From positions 49,910,001-49,974,000 of the forward strand of contig NW_026262668.1 of assembly GCF_021869535.1 (NCBI RefSeq): a stretch of DNA of 64,000 nt. Reading direction: 5' to 3'. Positions 1-13,871 of this stretch are shown in pieces. Position 1 is the stretch's first letter. Each line of letters begins with the position of its first letter. The translations under genes and the position numbers were made by a program. Source of the stretch: Mytilus californianus. Lineage: Eukaryota. The notes below the pieces were generated by a model. That model worked only from the letters and a program-made list of their open reading frames with translations, was not told the origin of the DNA and searched no databases.

Positions 1-89
1 GAATAATCCACAAAACGAAACCCGGTAGATGAACTTAGTGCACCGGGAGGGAAGTAGTAACTGCTCCCCTAGTTGCTCATAGAAAGGAA

Positions 90-370
90 ATAGATAAAAA
101 GTCGCATTTGATAATGTTATAAGTCGGTAAGAAGAGGAGCAACGTTGGTTCCCATACGAAGGCCGATTGTCCGTTGAAAAGCACGTCCTCCAAACATATT
201 AAGGATTTGGTGGATAAAAAAAACACCCAGTTTTTTTATGATGTCTGTTTCAATTTTGTTTTAATCGGAATTTGTTTTCAACGTATGATTTGTATCTACG
301 TTGGCATTTTTTGTATACAAAGTTTACATTTGTCTTTAAGTTCAGAATAAAGATTAAACGTTGAAGTAAC
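90..370 (-). mobile_element. Penelope-like retroelement RT fragment in defensin intron 3 (also 21525-21805, 45880-46130, and internally deleted at 61745-61810)
   Basis: The minus strand translates to ..MFGGRAFQRTIGLRMGTNVAPLLTDL.., a decayed RT motif QxxGxPMGxxxAPLLADL. Confidence 0.7.
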
Positions 371-1232
371 AGTTAGTCTATCAACATGAAGTGTTGGCAA
401 TTTATTATTCTGATATATCATATTCGAAAACAGCAAAAAAGAAGAAAAAAATGAAATCAGAATCAAGTTTGATTGAAAAAATAACTGTTAAAACATATAA
501 TGTCTGCTTGTACATCTTGCAAACTGAACTTAACCTAAATACAGATAATATGAATAAAATTATATTTGCAATATACGCCTCATGAGACAGCAACCCGACA
601 ACAGAAAACTCCGAAAACATCGAGGGGTCAATATTACTGAGATTGCAATAAACTTTTCAGCAGAACCTTTACGTGTATCTTATTATTTCGAGTTAAAAAT
701 TGATTCACGATAAATTGTATTAAACTATTATCCAAGCATATGGAAAACGACTACATTTAATTTTGTTTTTAAGAAATAAAATGTTGACGTGTGCTCTATT
801 TGGAAAATTTCACCTCTTAAAATACACAAACGTGAACAGCAGAGTGTTTTATATTGACTGTGATTGAACACTTACATGTAAACTAACCAATACATGTAAG
901 AAGAAAATTTGGACATTAAAGTGTGCATACCAATCAGTGCACACAACATGCATTTATTATACTATAGTGACTTTAACACATACAGTAAACACTTATATGT
1001 ACAGAAGTTGTGAATATTTAAAACGTATCTAAAACCAAGTAGATTAAACAGAGAAAGATGCAATTCTTAGAATATTTAGAATACATTTTAAGGATTACAG
1101 TACCGTCGAAAATATCAACAAATTGAATATATATGTGTGTTATATAAATAAATTATGACATGCAGTTCAGTTCTTAAGTAAATGTGTTGGTCGTTTGAAC
1201 AATTTCTATTAATGAAATGTTTATATTTTCAG

Positions 1233-1278
1233 AATGCCTAGTCTTCAAGGAAAGTCAAAAATTGCACATGAAAAGTAA
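1233..1278 (+). CDS. Terminal exon of a further defensin-like copy (copy 0); upstream exons lie left of the window
   Basis: ttttcag|A ATG CCT AGT CTT CAA GGA AAG TCA AAA ATT GCA CAT GAA AAG TAA followed by AATAAA at 1293-1298. Identical to exon 4 of copy 1. Bases 1-1232 match intron 3 of copy 1 (21436-22667). Confidence 0.75.
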
Positions 1279-2999
1279 CACTTTATTTAATGAATAAAGT
1301 ATCGTAAACACAAGTGTTACATTTCTCACATAACCTTTTTACTGAAATGCTGTTAATACAATGTATAACTAAAATACTAAGAAGAAATTTCTCACAACTT
1401 TCAACAGCAAGGGATACAGGCGTTAAATATATATACTAATTCGTTTAAAATGGGTCTTGATTCAAATAGTCTAATGTTTTTGAATACTATCTGGTCGCTC
1501 ACAAATGGTGTTTAGTTTTTTATATTTCGTTGTTCCAGTTAGAAGTACTAGTCCTATTGTTACCTGCACTATGCGTTTTTTAAATGTGTTATAGTTTTCA
1601 ATATATTGCCTAGATAGGCAAACTAGAGAGGTCCGTGTGTAAAACTGGTTAAACACCACCACATTTTGTGCCTATAGTGTACATGTACCAGCTCCAGCTA
1701 TTAACAGCATGTGGTGTTTGTTGTTGTTTGCCTTTGTTTGAACGTCTTTTTATCGGATGAGTCGGGTGTCCGGAATTGATGGGATATGTTGTATAGTGAT
1801 CATTAATTTGATGTATTATTACATACATTACATTTCATAGTTTGATAAACTGTTAGTATTACCTTCTCAATGTATTGTCTGACATTCGTATTGAATTTTG
1901 GATAGTATTAAAAAAAAACATATGTCATTTAAAGTAACATTTTTATCAAGTTTATTTCAATTGACACACTTGTTCCTTAGTCACGGCCTCCAAACATCGG
2001 ATTGTCAACTCCTCTTCAAATGTCAACAACAATAAAAAAGATTGATTAATCGAAATATTTAGTCAAATATATATAAAACAAGTGTATTCTGACAAAAGAT
2101 ATGGATACTCAAGTTGTATTCCTAAATACAAAATCAATGTTTAATAATTGTCTCATTTAAGTGGTGTAATAGACTGCAATTTGTTAAGTATTGCCGTGTA
2201 GTTAAAAATGAGAATATTGTCGGTTCTCAGTGTTATTTTAGATACTCACAGTTCTTGCTTAATTGAGTTCAATGTTTATTTTTGGTGCCCCTTTTTAACC
2301 TTTAAAATTCTATTCTATTTATTCTACCTTTTACGATGTTTTCATCAATGGCAGAAGCAGATCCTAGATTTTCCGAAGAAATTAAAAAAACAAAGGAGAC
2401 GGTGTACATCCCAAAATGTTTACTTACCATTCTCATGATTCTGTAAAGAGATAGAGGTACGTGACAAAAAGGTTTGGACTGAAAAACAACTGTGAAGGTA
2501 TAGCAGTTGAGTTCTCCACCTGAGAACTGACCTCCCACCTTCTCACATTAAATCACAAAAATAAAAATGTTTTCCCTGTCTGTGAAGTACATTTTAAAAT
2601 GATAACAGGAACTTTGAAAAATATTGGACAGGTACAACTGACTACACCAAACACAAACAACCGACTCCTCCGAAAATAAAGGAGGAAAAACAAACAAAAA
2701 CAAAAGCAAACATAACAATATTATTTGTAAAAATATTACACTGCTCTAACACAGGTTCTAACATGGCGTGCATATGAAAACACAATATGACAGGGGTTCG
2801 TTGAAATCATTAAAAGGAGAAATAAATCACTTTTGTTAACCTTTCGATTGGAGGAGGGACGTATATGTCCATAAGTTTAATTCATGCAAGCACCTGTTAA
2901 TTAGTGTATCTCTTTCAAATAAAACATCGAAGATTATACAGTGTAATATCTTTCTGCAATGGTTACAATGTGACGTCATTATAACATGAAGTTTTAATA

Positions 3000-3975
3000 G
3001 CAGACTTATTCTTGTACTGTTATGAATCACATATTATGGCCAAACTCAGTAAAGACCCTTCTAAATTGTATTTAATTGATAAATTCAACAACACTTACCG
3101 TTATCTTAATGATACTTTTTCGTTAAATAATCAAGAATTTTCTGAATATACTGCCGAAATTTACCCAAAGGAACTTATTTTAAATAAATCAAATACAAAC
3201 GGTAATAACTGTCCTTTCTTAGATTAATGTATTTCAGTTTTACACAGGAAACTTTACATTAACATTTACGACAAAAGGGACAATTTTTCGTTTCCTATTG
3301 TTAATTTTCCATTTTTGGACGGTGGTGTTCCTTTGGCACCATCTTCCGGTGTTTAAATATCATAACTCGTTCGCTATGCCCGTGTCTATTTTGACGTTTT
3401 GGATTTCAATAAACGTAATCTATGTATTACTGGTAAATTATTAAGTCATGGATTTCGTCATGACAATTTCTTAAAACCTTTACTAAATTCTTCCATAGAT
3501 ACAAAGATTTGGTTTGAAAATTTGGTTGTACCCGCAGAAAACTTATTTCAAACGGGATAACACATCCCAATTTTTACAGAGATGTTGTTTACCCAGTCCG
3601 GAAATTTAGATACGATCCAGGTAAACTTATCAATCTTTTAGATAAACTTATTCTAAAATGTTACCAATTCAAAACTGTAATATATTATTTTTATATACAT
3701 TTACACATCCATGGCTCTACAATATGTCGATACCTGTATCTTTATATTGCACAATGTCATGTTTTTCTCTGACCATGCTGACTGTTCATGACAACTTTAC
3801 ACTAAATCCATTGGATGTTTGATGTGTACTGATTGATATTTTTGTCTTAGATGCATGATTTTTTGGGGTTGTTATTGGCTTTGAACTAGCTGTCCGTAAC
3901 TGCGAGTACTCTCAGATCTGTACTTGATGTCTTTTTTGTTGTGGGGATGTATAAGTAACCTGCCAAGTCCAGTCT
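3000..3975 (+). mobile_element. Penelope-like RT (catalytic and thumb) relic with partial 3' tail
   Basis: DLFLYCYES..TYRYLNDTFSLNN..CPFLD..IYDKRDNFSFPIVNFPFLDGGVPLAPSSGV..QLVRYARV, with stops. The catalytic YRYxDD is intact (YRYLDD) in the unit-B copy. Confidence 0.8.
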
Positions 3976-6344
3976 GTTTTTATTTTTTGGCACATGAAAT
4001 GTGACCATATTAAATTTGCGGCTGCAAGGTTTAAAGTTTTTATCATAAATTTATGGGAGAACCAAATTTTATACGTAGAAGCTTGATCCAAATATGTTAC
4101 AATACATACACCCTTTCACTTTTTTATGGCGTTTTATTTGAAAGTCAATTTATTGGTTTCATTTAAGAGTTGGATTTTTTTCTCTCGCTTATACAATTGG
4201 GAAAGTGTACTAGTACGGCATGAATAGTGGTAAGTTACATTTTACCCGAAACAGCCATGACACTTCACGGAAAGAGATCAAATTCTGAAAATAAATCATG
4301 CAAGTAAGCAAATAATGCACATTAAATTTGGAAAATAAGTGAGGACTGGTTATATTTGTGTAAAAACAGATTTGTGTTATACTAGTAGACTAAGTATTTG
4401 TTAGATACTCTAATTTTTTGTAGGATATAAGTAGCGAAGAAAAGAACATCGTTATAGATTGCTTACCCTGCAATTTTCTTGATGACATAAAATCCCGTGC
4501 CAAAGTTGAAAATTAATACGAAAAAGTGCTAATTTAATCCAAAATTGAGGGTTTTCGAGAACGTCTTTCAGTTAATCAAGAAATAATTCATTGTGGCTTG
4601 AATTTATATTGATTTTACCAGGGGTTGGTCCTTTAACCTGAATAGTTTACCTCGTGCTATAGCAAAAGATAAAATATCGCATGAAGGGCCAAGCCGTTGT
4701 AAAATCGATATAAATTCCAGCCTACATTACTTATTTCTTTTCCAATGTGACAAAGATGGTAATTATATAAGATTGAAGTGTTATAGGGGAAAGCAAATAT
4801 TTACTTTGAACAAAAAAAGGAGAAAAAAGTTAGGCAAAACCAGAAGTCGACAAGCGCCTGACTGACGGTGTGTGTCTGGTGCGTTTTATATCCGATCTAA
4901 CAAAATATCCTACTCGATACGTCCCATTCTAGTTTCAAATCACAGAGGGACAGTTGTATTTAAATCAAAACAAATTTTAAATTTGACTTATATGACCATA
5001 TATTTTTGTCTTTTGGTTCTTTGTATCGCTTGGAAGCTGTCTCATTGACACATATCCGACATCTCCTATTTATTTTTATTGGAATCTAAACCTTAGTTAC
5101 TTTCCATAAACTTTATAGCTATCTCTACAATGAAATTCATTACTTGATTTATATAATATATAATTATATGTACAATCTCTACCTATCTGTAACATTTTAG
5201 AGATAATAGGCAGACACTGTAAAATTAGTCAAAAATCATAACGATAGTTGCGTGCAACCGAGTTATTGACCTCGGTGTCTCTGAGACATATTTGTTGCAG
5301 TCTTATTTTTCAAAGCTGTGATATGGAGATTGAATTGATGTGTAGAAACTTGAATATCTGCAAAATAAGATGCGAATTTACGTTTGATGGGAATAATGAG
5401 TTTAAGAACTCGAGGTCAGAGTTTCTCTTTTCTGTTCGAAGTCAGAGAGAACGGTTGTTTGAATTTAAAGCACTGTATTTTGAATGCAGTTTATCGTTTG
5501 AAAGTTCAGATTTGATTCGTGTCCAAGAAGAAATAAGGAGAAATATGTTCTGTCTTCTAAAACATTCTATTTACTTAGATTATTGCTTCATATTTCATCA
5601 CGGGAATCTCAAAACCGACTCCAAAAAAAAAAAGGACAGAAATACAAAAAACAAAACATCAACACCAAGTGTTTGGTAATATGATCGATCTATTAAAGTT
5701 TAGTAATATCAGTGGCATCAGTCGTCCTTACCAAATATATCAAGGATCAAATGTTGAATCTGCCAGAGACATCAATAATAAGAAAATGACATTTCTTATA
5801 TTACATAATGCTGAAAAATACAATATATTGTCTGAACATTTAAAACGATATCACTATAATATCATATCATTTCGTCTTTTACATTACAAACTATGACAAG
5901 CATATCATTATTAGTGGATGTGTGTGCTGTGAGTGGATGATGGTATTGCAAGAAAACATTCAATTATTTCGGAGTTCTGACTTGTTTTATCGAGACCTGA
6001 TCAGAAATAAATTGATGACATGCGGATATGATGCATCACAATAATTTCGGTGTCCTGTTTTTGTATTGTCTCGCCAATGCATTTGAATGGAATCATGGTT
6101 TTAATTTGCTCTGTAAAATTATTGTTATTATATTAATTTCACCGTGTGATACTATTGAAACGTTTTTAAAGTAGGATGATAACAAGTCGAAAAACATACA
6201 ATACAATGGCCAAAAGAAAAACGACAAATAACTGTTTCAATATTACAAAAACACCTGATTCTATATCAAAATTTAGATTCGGTCAAATTTTAGTGGTACA
6301 AAATTTACATGGCAAATGGTTAACGAGTTAGGTGATGTCTTAGT

Positions 6345-7075
6345 GTAAAAAAGGCAAAAGATACCAAAGGGACATTCAAACTCATAAGTCGAAAATATAC
6401 TGGGAAACATGTACCTCACAAAAACCCGGGGGTGATATCAGGTGCTCTGAAAAGGAAAGCATATCCTTCTATTCATTTAGAACCAGTCGTGTTGCTCGTC
6501 TGAGTATAAATCCGGTGATAAGTCTTATTCGGTAGTATAGGTCACATTCGTGGAAAAGGAGGACGGGATTGGGTTACGACGATTGGAACATATCTGTCAA
6601 ACAGCTATTCTATAACGGTCAAGCAACTCGTGATGGCGTCCGAAAAATTTGTAAAGGGATGATTTCAACTTCACCACTTGGAACTATTGGTGAAATAGGC
6701 CTTTTGAGCAACAAACCTCCATCAAAGAAATTCTGATAAGAAACGCAAGCCCTGGAAGAATATTGTATCAACTGGGAGATATATAATACGAATCAATTAC
6801 AAATCTGATACTACATTATGCTTAATCAATTAATACAATTACTAATAAACGTATTTTAGGAGTAGCACGAAGAATGGCACGTGGGAAGCAGGATCTTCTT
6901 ACCTTTCCGGAGCACCAGAGATCACCCAAGTTTTAGATGGGGTTCGTGTTGCTCAGTCTTTACTTTTTATGCAGTGTTTTGTCTATTTGTCGTTATTATT
7001 ATAGCCATGAATCGGTCTCTCTTTGACTATTAGTTTTGATTCTCCCTTTGGTATCGTCCGCCTCTTTTTGACAGT
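6345..7075. mobile_element. Inverted pair of Penelope-like 3' fragments (minus 6345-6790, plus tail 6870-7075); paralogue at 29060-29735
   Basis: The minus part translates to YISQLIQYSSRACVSYQNFFDGGLLL. Both parts carry the GGATCTGCTTACCCTTCCGGAGCACCTGAGATCACCC-type tail, in opposite orientations. Confidence 0.65.
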
Positions 7076-8934
7076 ACTCTAAACACTACAAAGAAAGAAA
7101 AAGATGGAACAAAAAGAACGCACCAGGGTATGGGTATGTATAAAAGGATGACAAATGTATGCTCCACTAGGCAAATGATAAGCAAAATAATGTTTCCAAC
7201 GTATAGATTGTGTAAAGACGTTATCAACTGGTCATTCTGTTACAATAAATAAAATGTCTGTCACTATACATCAGGAAAAAAACTTCAATTATGTTGTCTT
7301 AACGACTTTTAGAAAAGATGTCATTTATCAGATTAATTAATCGGGGAAACACACGTGTTGCAAAAGGGGATTTTTTTTTAGGACACTAAAGTTTTCCTTT
7401 TCTAGGAAATAGTTTATAATTAGGATCACGGGTTGTTACAGCGTAATTAGATACCTTAGACAGGATACAAAATATGTTGAAAACAAGTGCAAAGCTACAT
7501 TCACAATAACCTTTAAAGTTTTGTATTGTTTAACATAGTAATGAAATGAAGGAATTTTTCTTTAAAACATTAACAATAGGATGGTATATTTATGCATATT
7601 TCGATTAAATATTCAGATTCAAACCTGTATTCTAATAATATACTACAACTATAGCATGTGACAAAGCATAAACAAAAAACAACAAAATACATGTACAATA
7701 CTTTAGTAAATTTTTCAAGAGTCCCTTGTCGTCAGTCATATAGACAGTTTTAAAAAAGGAACATATTTATTTCAATGTATGATATATATAGGGTTGAGGA
7801 TATATGTCATTTTATCTATATATTAAGTTAATCAATAAATTGTATATTCTCATCTATCAATAATCAAAATAAACTTTTGTAAATTTTCATCAAATTGCTT
7901 TAATTTTAATTGTTTTTGGTCTTTTATAGTTTAAATTTCTACTACATTTTTTTGGCATAATAAAACCAACAGTAAATTCCTAAATAAACCAGATTTCGGG
8001 AACACATTAAATAGGATCACAGGTATAACATATTTAAATATTTTAGACATTATATTAATATTTTAGGAACAATTCAGGATTTAAGGAAAATAGGTTTTCA
8101 AGTTTACAATTATCTAAAGCAGTTATGAGCGAAAAGAATGTTTATTGAAATATTTTACAATTACGATAGTATATATTTATGCATGTTTCGACATACAGGG
8201 AAACATTTACATGTAAACATAATTCCTGACATCACATTCTCTTAACTTGGCTCGGTTATCCAGAATGAGTAATTGCCTATATTGAGTCCCGACCATCGTC
8301 TGTCGTAGTTAACTTTTGACTAAATTAAAGGTTGTCAGATTAAACAATATTTCCGGTGAAAACAACAGCATCCGATGAGCTACCATATCAAGTATGGCAA
8401 TCATGACTATAAGAGCTCGACACTAAAATTTAAAGAAATCATAAGTAAGATGCTTGACAATATTCATTCCGTTGCGAAAATGGATACATTAAAATATTAG
8501 TCAAATTGGTTCAATAATAAACCATGACCAGTGCCATTTTAAGCATTAGACTAAAATCTTTCAAGGTATTCTACCATTAAATGAAACTTGGTACTGTTCC
8601 GTTCAGTACATGTTATGGAGTGTAAATTTCTCTTTCGGTTCGATATGGCGTCTTAGATTGATGAATGTAAAACGTCATTACTCAAAACCATTAATAATTA
8701 TTGATAGCATAACTTGTTCAAAAACGTTTATCCAATGTTATTGTAAATATACAAATATATCCGGAAATAATAATTTCACAGGCAGAAAATTAACAAAAAG
8801 TGGATTCTCAAATCACTGGGTTATCGAGTTGCATCAGGATTTTATAAAAAGAAATAGGGTCAAAACTATTTTTCTGAGGTACATATTATACTCAGGAAAA
8901 TATTATAAACAAGAAAGAGATGTAGATTATTATT

Positions 8935-9159
8935 GAGGCCCCTCATGGGGGTGTCCAAGTAATCACATTATATAAATGTTTTGCCAATATAATCACATAA
9001 TCATTAATTATTTTTTTAAACAAGATAATCAAATAATCAAAAATACAGTCCTAGATTATCAAATAATCAAAGAATCATGAAATATTTGGTCTGGTAATCA
9101 AATAATCACTATAAAAACGGCCAAGTAATCACTTAATCAAAAACCCCATGAGGAGGCTC
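8935..9159. mobile_element. 225-bp MITE with 16-bp imperfect TIRs and ATTATT target duplication
   Basis: gaggcccctcatgggg ... ccccatgaggaggctc, with internal TAATCA repeats. The empty site gattattattct is at 31581-31592 in unit B. Confidence 0.8.
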
Positions 9160-9214
9160 ATTATTCTACCTGTCGCATTAGCTCCATACTCTTTTCCTAG
9201 ATTGTGACATCACT

Positions 9215-9455
9215 GAATGAGACTAATTATCGAATGAGTAACACGACAGGTAGCACTCATGGAGCAGGGTATGCTTACCGTTCAAGAGAATCTGAGATCA
9301 CAACCGGTTTTTGGTAGGGTTCATATTGGTCAGTCTTTAGTTTTCTATGTTGTGTTTTGTAGACTATCTTTTCGTCGTTTTTAGTCATGGCGTAGTCAGT
9401 TTGTCTTCGATTTATTATTTTGCATATTCCTTTGATAAATGCCACCTCTCTTTTA
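9215..9455 (+). mobile_element. High-copy retroelement 3' tail fragment (paralogue ~31650-31885)
   Basis: gagcagggtatgcttaccgttcaagagaatctgagatcac...gtttttagtcatggcgtagtcagtttg matches the tail at 59200-59390. Confidence 0.65.
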
Positions 9456-9829
9456 CATCATTATAAAGTAAATATCATATCAGTCTCATTATGATTCCAA
9501 ATCACTTTTACCTTACCTGTTTTTGGCAACACTTTTCGGAATTTTGGGTCCTCGTCTGACCTGATTCCTGGTAATTTTACATGTCAACAGTTGGAACGTT
9601 TGGATGGGAATAGAAAAAGCAAAAGTTATTACACCCGCTTTTATAAACAAAAAAGGAGGGAGAAAGGTGGCATCAGATGATAGACGTCAGTAAATTAATT
9701 TGTATAATTCATTGTTGTTGTTCCGAAATCCAATTATTAAAGTATATAAAAGAAAAAAAAAAACCATTTCAATTGCTTGCATTTTAAAGATATACTTATC
9801 AGACCACATCTCCTTATTTTTATGTATAA

Positions 9830-11600
9830 ATATTTTGTATTCAAATTCTATGGCTTACATGTACCTTCGTAAGTATGCATTTGTAATTGCAGGCATGTTA
9901 CACAGATTGCTGCTGCATGTAGGATACTTTTTTAAAGTGCATTTAACAGAACTAATGAATGTTCTATCCAGGAATGACATATCAATACCATAATGAATTG
10001 ATCACTTGGCTACCAAAGAACACTGCATTATTTAGGCAAAACATAAAATCTTTTTGATGCACGATTTCTAAAAGCTCTTAAGCAGTTACTAATGAATTCA
10101 AAACAATAAATAAAGGGCTTGTGATACAGTTGAATGTCTTCAGTGCTGAATACTCTGAATGAAAGAGTAAAACATTTTCAAACAGGAAGAACATGTAAAG
10201 AATTATCACGGTGAAACCTTATTGTATGATCACATAACAAATTGGAAGATGCAGTGCCTTTGAAGAAACTATTTACAAACGCAGGGTTTTCTCTTGCTTT
10301 TGTACAGCCCATAATTTTTCCAATCGATTTTGAGTCATTGATCAGGGTGAAATATCAAATAGAATTTTTGAATAGTTGAAAGAATTGCAAATCTCAGAGG
10401 GTAAGACAAGAAAAATGGCTAGATCAGCACCCATGATTTTAAAACTGGCCTTTAATCGTAGAGTATTAAATGATCTATATACAACAACAGGGCGGAAGAA
10501 ATCAAAGAAAAGGTGCGAGTTACAAAGAACAAGAAAATTTGACTTGCTGCTTCTCAGTTGTCAATAAAGAAAATAGAGCAAACGGAGATTAAATTAAATA
10601 CATAATCAACACTATGATTTGGCTTTTTTGGTACTAATGAAAATGAATCTTGAAACCTTCTCAACTGTCCTCATTTGACATTTGATATTTGTTTTCTCAT
10701 AGATATTTCTTGGATTTGTACATATAACTTGATTTTTTCAGTATATGTTATTAGCGATTTTTAATTGATTGTAGATTTTTGTCAATTTCTACATTCTACA
10801 GAGATTGAAAAGATATAAATGTATAAATATCATACGCAAATTTTGCATGTTCTTTCGTATATGTACTGTGTGCACTCATAATGACAGGCATTTTACACAG
10901 ATCGCTGATGCGTGTGTGTATGTGAAGGGGTTAAAATAATGACACAACAAACCATTACTCCATCTGCAGTTAACAAAACTAGGTAACTGTTCTAAACAGG
11001 AATGGCATATCAATGCCATAACAAACCAGCTACAATAGGTCACTTCGCGATTATTGCAGCCATATTTAATAGGGGCAGATTTTGTGGATGGACCGGAGGT
11101 GGAAAAAGTAAGAAAGTATGGAAAAACCTATTCTATACCTATTCAATATGGCTGCAATAACTTTGAAAGGGCATATTTTCAAATGAATGAACTACTTGCT
11201 TACCAAAGAATGCTGTTTTGCTTCAGCAAAACATAAAATATGTTGATGCACTATTTATTATTTACGATCTTCAGCAAAAAGTTACTAAATGAGTTTAAAA
11301 CTGAAACGTTAAGAGTTTATGGATACGTTAATGCGTTTAGTGCTGACTACCATGAACGATAGCTTTGGAAAACTTCATGCAGGAAGAACTTGTAAAGAAT
11401 TTTCTCGGTGAAAGTTTAACAAATGATGCATATACAACATTTGGAGACTAAACAACGTCATTTTGAAACAAATCATAGGAAAGGTGCGAATGACAAAGTA
11501 CTAAATAGTTTTAGCTGATGCTACTTAATTTATAAAAAGCAAGGTAGCAAATGAAGAGAATGAGTTAAATTAAAAATATAATCAACACAAAATAGACAAG
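9830..11600 (+). pseudogene. Two tandem paralogous decayed coding segments of an unidentified gene (9830-10620 and 10880-11600); paralogue 32270-34320, remnant 49740-49870
   Basis: Protein-like stretches are shared between segments (ALENFKQEELVKNFLGES; EEIKEKVRVTKNK vs KQIIGKVRMTK; GADFVDGPEVEKVRKYGK), with cag|GAATG acceptors. Many stops and frameshifts. Confidence 0.4.
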
Positions 11601-13285
11601 TGACATTTTTCAAAAAGCCTTTTAGTTAATGACTCCAATGCAACGATCTAACATACGGTTATTTTAGTATCTGTACTTTTTTTTTGGCCGTCGTCAAAAA
11701 TTCGTACGATACCATTTCCTTTAAGTTCGTGAAATGTCAAAAAATGAACATTCCTATGTTTTGCAAGAATTAAACGCAATGCCTTATTCAGGTACTGGTA
11801 TGATACGTTTTTTTTCAACAAATCGAATTACTCTTATAGAATACAACAATGCCTAATTAAACGCAAATTATAGCTGTAAATTGCGCTTTTACAAAAATAC
11901 ACAGTTCTTGAAATATTCTCCAATGAAAGATAAAATTGCTTTTAAAGCAAAATATATCTTGGGGATCAACACTAATTGACTATTATAAAAGAGAATTTAT
12001 CGTGTGTAGGTTAAAGATATTTATTCGTCAAGATACACTGATATTAATGCATATTGTTCAGGAAAAAGCCTTCGTTTGCAGCTTTTACAGTTGCAAATAA
12101 TACATGTACCAGCATCTGCAAATAAGGATCATTTTGCCTTTGTATATTTCGAAAACAAACGGCCTCCACTTAAGAGCAGGTGACGATTGATACAAATAGG
12201 ATTGAAGACTTTTTTGCATTTCTATTGAAAAAAGCGTCCATCGTACATAGTAAATACATGTATGTTCAACAAACTGATGTGTTGTCTGATATAAAGTTTT
12301 TGTTTTGTTGTCGATTTATAGGAAGTTGGGGTTTTATTTACCTCTAGTTTTGGCATGCATGTTTTATTTGTGTTCGTTAGATTTTTTTCTACTGTTTTTG
12401 TTTCTTTCTTCCGTTTCTCAGTAATGTAGTTTTGTTTGTTTTACGGCTTTATCTATTTTTTTTTTTATTTATTAACTGTTATTTGACTGTAAAGTGTAGA
12501 CGTTGGTTAAGATTAATATAGAGTAGGATAATTCAAAACAAACATAATGACAAATTCCTGTGCCTACAACAATTCAGACCACTAGTAAATAAATGCAACC
12601 ATTTTGATGTCAACACAATTTGAAATGTCTCAACATAAAACTCTTAAGTGTTTTGAAGACATTTTGTTTCAAATATTTCCCTAAATGCGGAAGCTTGACG
12701 ATTGTCACTGGACCTTAAGCCCTTACAAAATATATACTTACTTGTACCAATTTGTTTGTTAAACAGAAAGTGTCATTTCTAAGCTTAACAGTGATATCCA
12801 TTCGACAATTGTTTCAACAAAGACCTTTTTCAGAAAATTCTCAAAAATCATAGGACTTTTTGTGTTAAACTTCTAAGTTCTGATCCTAAGATGCATGCAT
12901 CTTTAAAAACAATATATATTCCTAGCGAAATTGTACAAAGGTACATCAAACAGAATTAAACCCAAGCAACTTAAAGGTGGTCTTTTTCGTTGATACATTT
13001 AAAACATGTAAGATATGTATAGACAACATATATCTAAAATTCATCTGTCATGTATGGCGCATTTATAAATTTGTGCTTACAGCTGTCGTTGTCCTTGGTC
13101 CTTTAACCCGCTGACGTGCCAAATGAATAAAGGGGAATTTTGGTAATGTAAATTAAATTTTCGTTTTCCAAGAAAGACTTATACTTCTATTATGAATATG
13201 ATTAATTTATCCTTTCGGGTATAAAATATAGTTGTTTACAACAGGTATGTACTATAAAGAAATAAGCATCACAAACATAAGTTAA

Positions 13286-13674
13286 TGATCTTCGCTCCTC
13301 TTTTAAAAAATAACAAGCTTTTAAAGGACTGTTATAAATTGATAGTATGTAAGTAACGAAACTTAAAAAGCAGAAAAAAATGAAAGGTCCGTGTCCTTGT
13401 TTTTAAAATATCATCAATTGAAAATTTGGAGGGAAATGATTCTCTTTATATTTTTCATACATTTAACATGGATACCTTTTTTTTCTTTCGAAAAAGATTA
13501 AAATATAAAAAGGAAGTTCAAGGATTTTTAAAAGTGGCTTTGTAAACTATTTGTAATAAAATTATGAAAAGAAAAGAAAGGGTGAGCGGCCAAATTTTTA
13601 TTGGCACTTTATGGATTAAAGTAGAGGATTCCGAATATCTGACAAAAAGTCACAAACAAGAGTAGCGAACATCC
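13286..13674. mobile_element. Kolobok-like non-autonomous element
   Basis: TTAA on both sides. 15-bp imperfect TIRs (tgatcttcgctcctc vs reverse complement ggatgttcgctactc). Confidence 0.65.
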
Positions 13675-13765
13675 TTAATATATGTGTATGATGTAATGTA
13701 TTCAGCAGATATTAGGACAAATTATTTCTATCACTTCTATTCGAATACGTCAGCATAAAAAAGGG

Positions 13766-13871
13766 GGACAAGATTCCAAGGGAGCAATAAAAAATTATGA
13801 GTCCACGGACAAGATTCCAAGGGAGCAATCAAAAACAATAAATTCACGGACAAGATTCGATAGGGGCAATC
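13766..13871. repeat. 41-bp tandem repeat, about 2.6 copies
   Basis: ggacaagattc starts at 13766, 13807 and 13848. Unit B has a single copy (37286). Confidence 0.85.

Noticed and set aside
391-620. Duplicated short ORFs (391-585, 405-620, 2208-2438, 5248-5679, 7030-7227, 8610-8936 and their unit-B twins)
   Set aside because: They recur only because the DNA is duplicated. They are low-complexity, lack domains, and are broken by indels in the other units.
13766-13871. Direct repeats as a CRISPR-like array (also 49306-49380)
   Set aside because: Eukaryotic context, only 2-3 units, no unique spacers and no cas genes.
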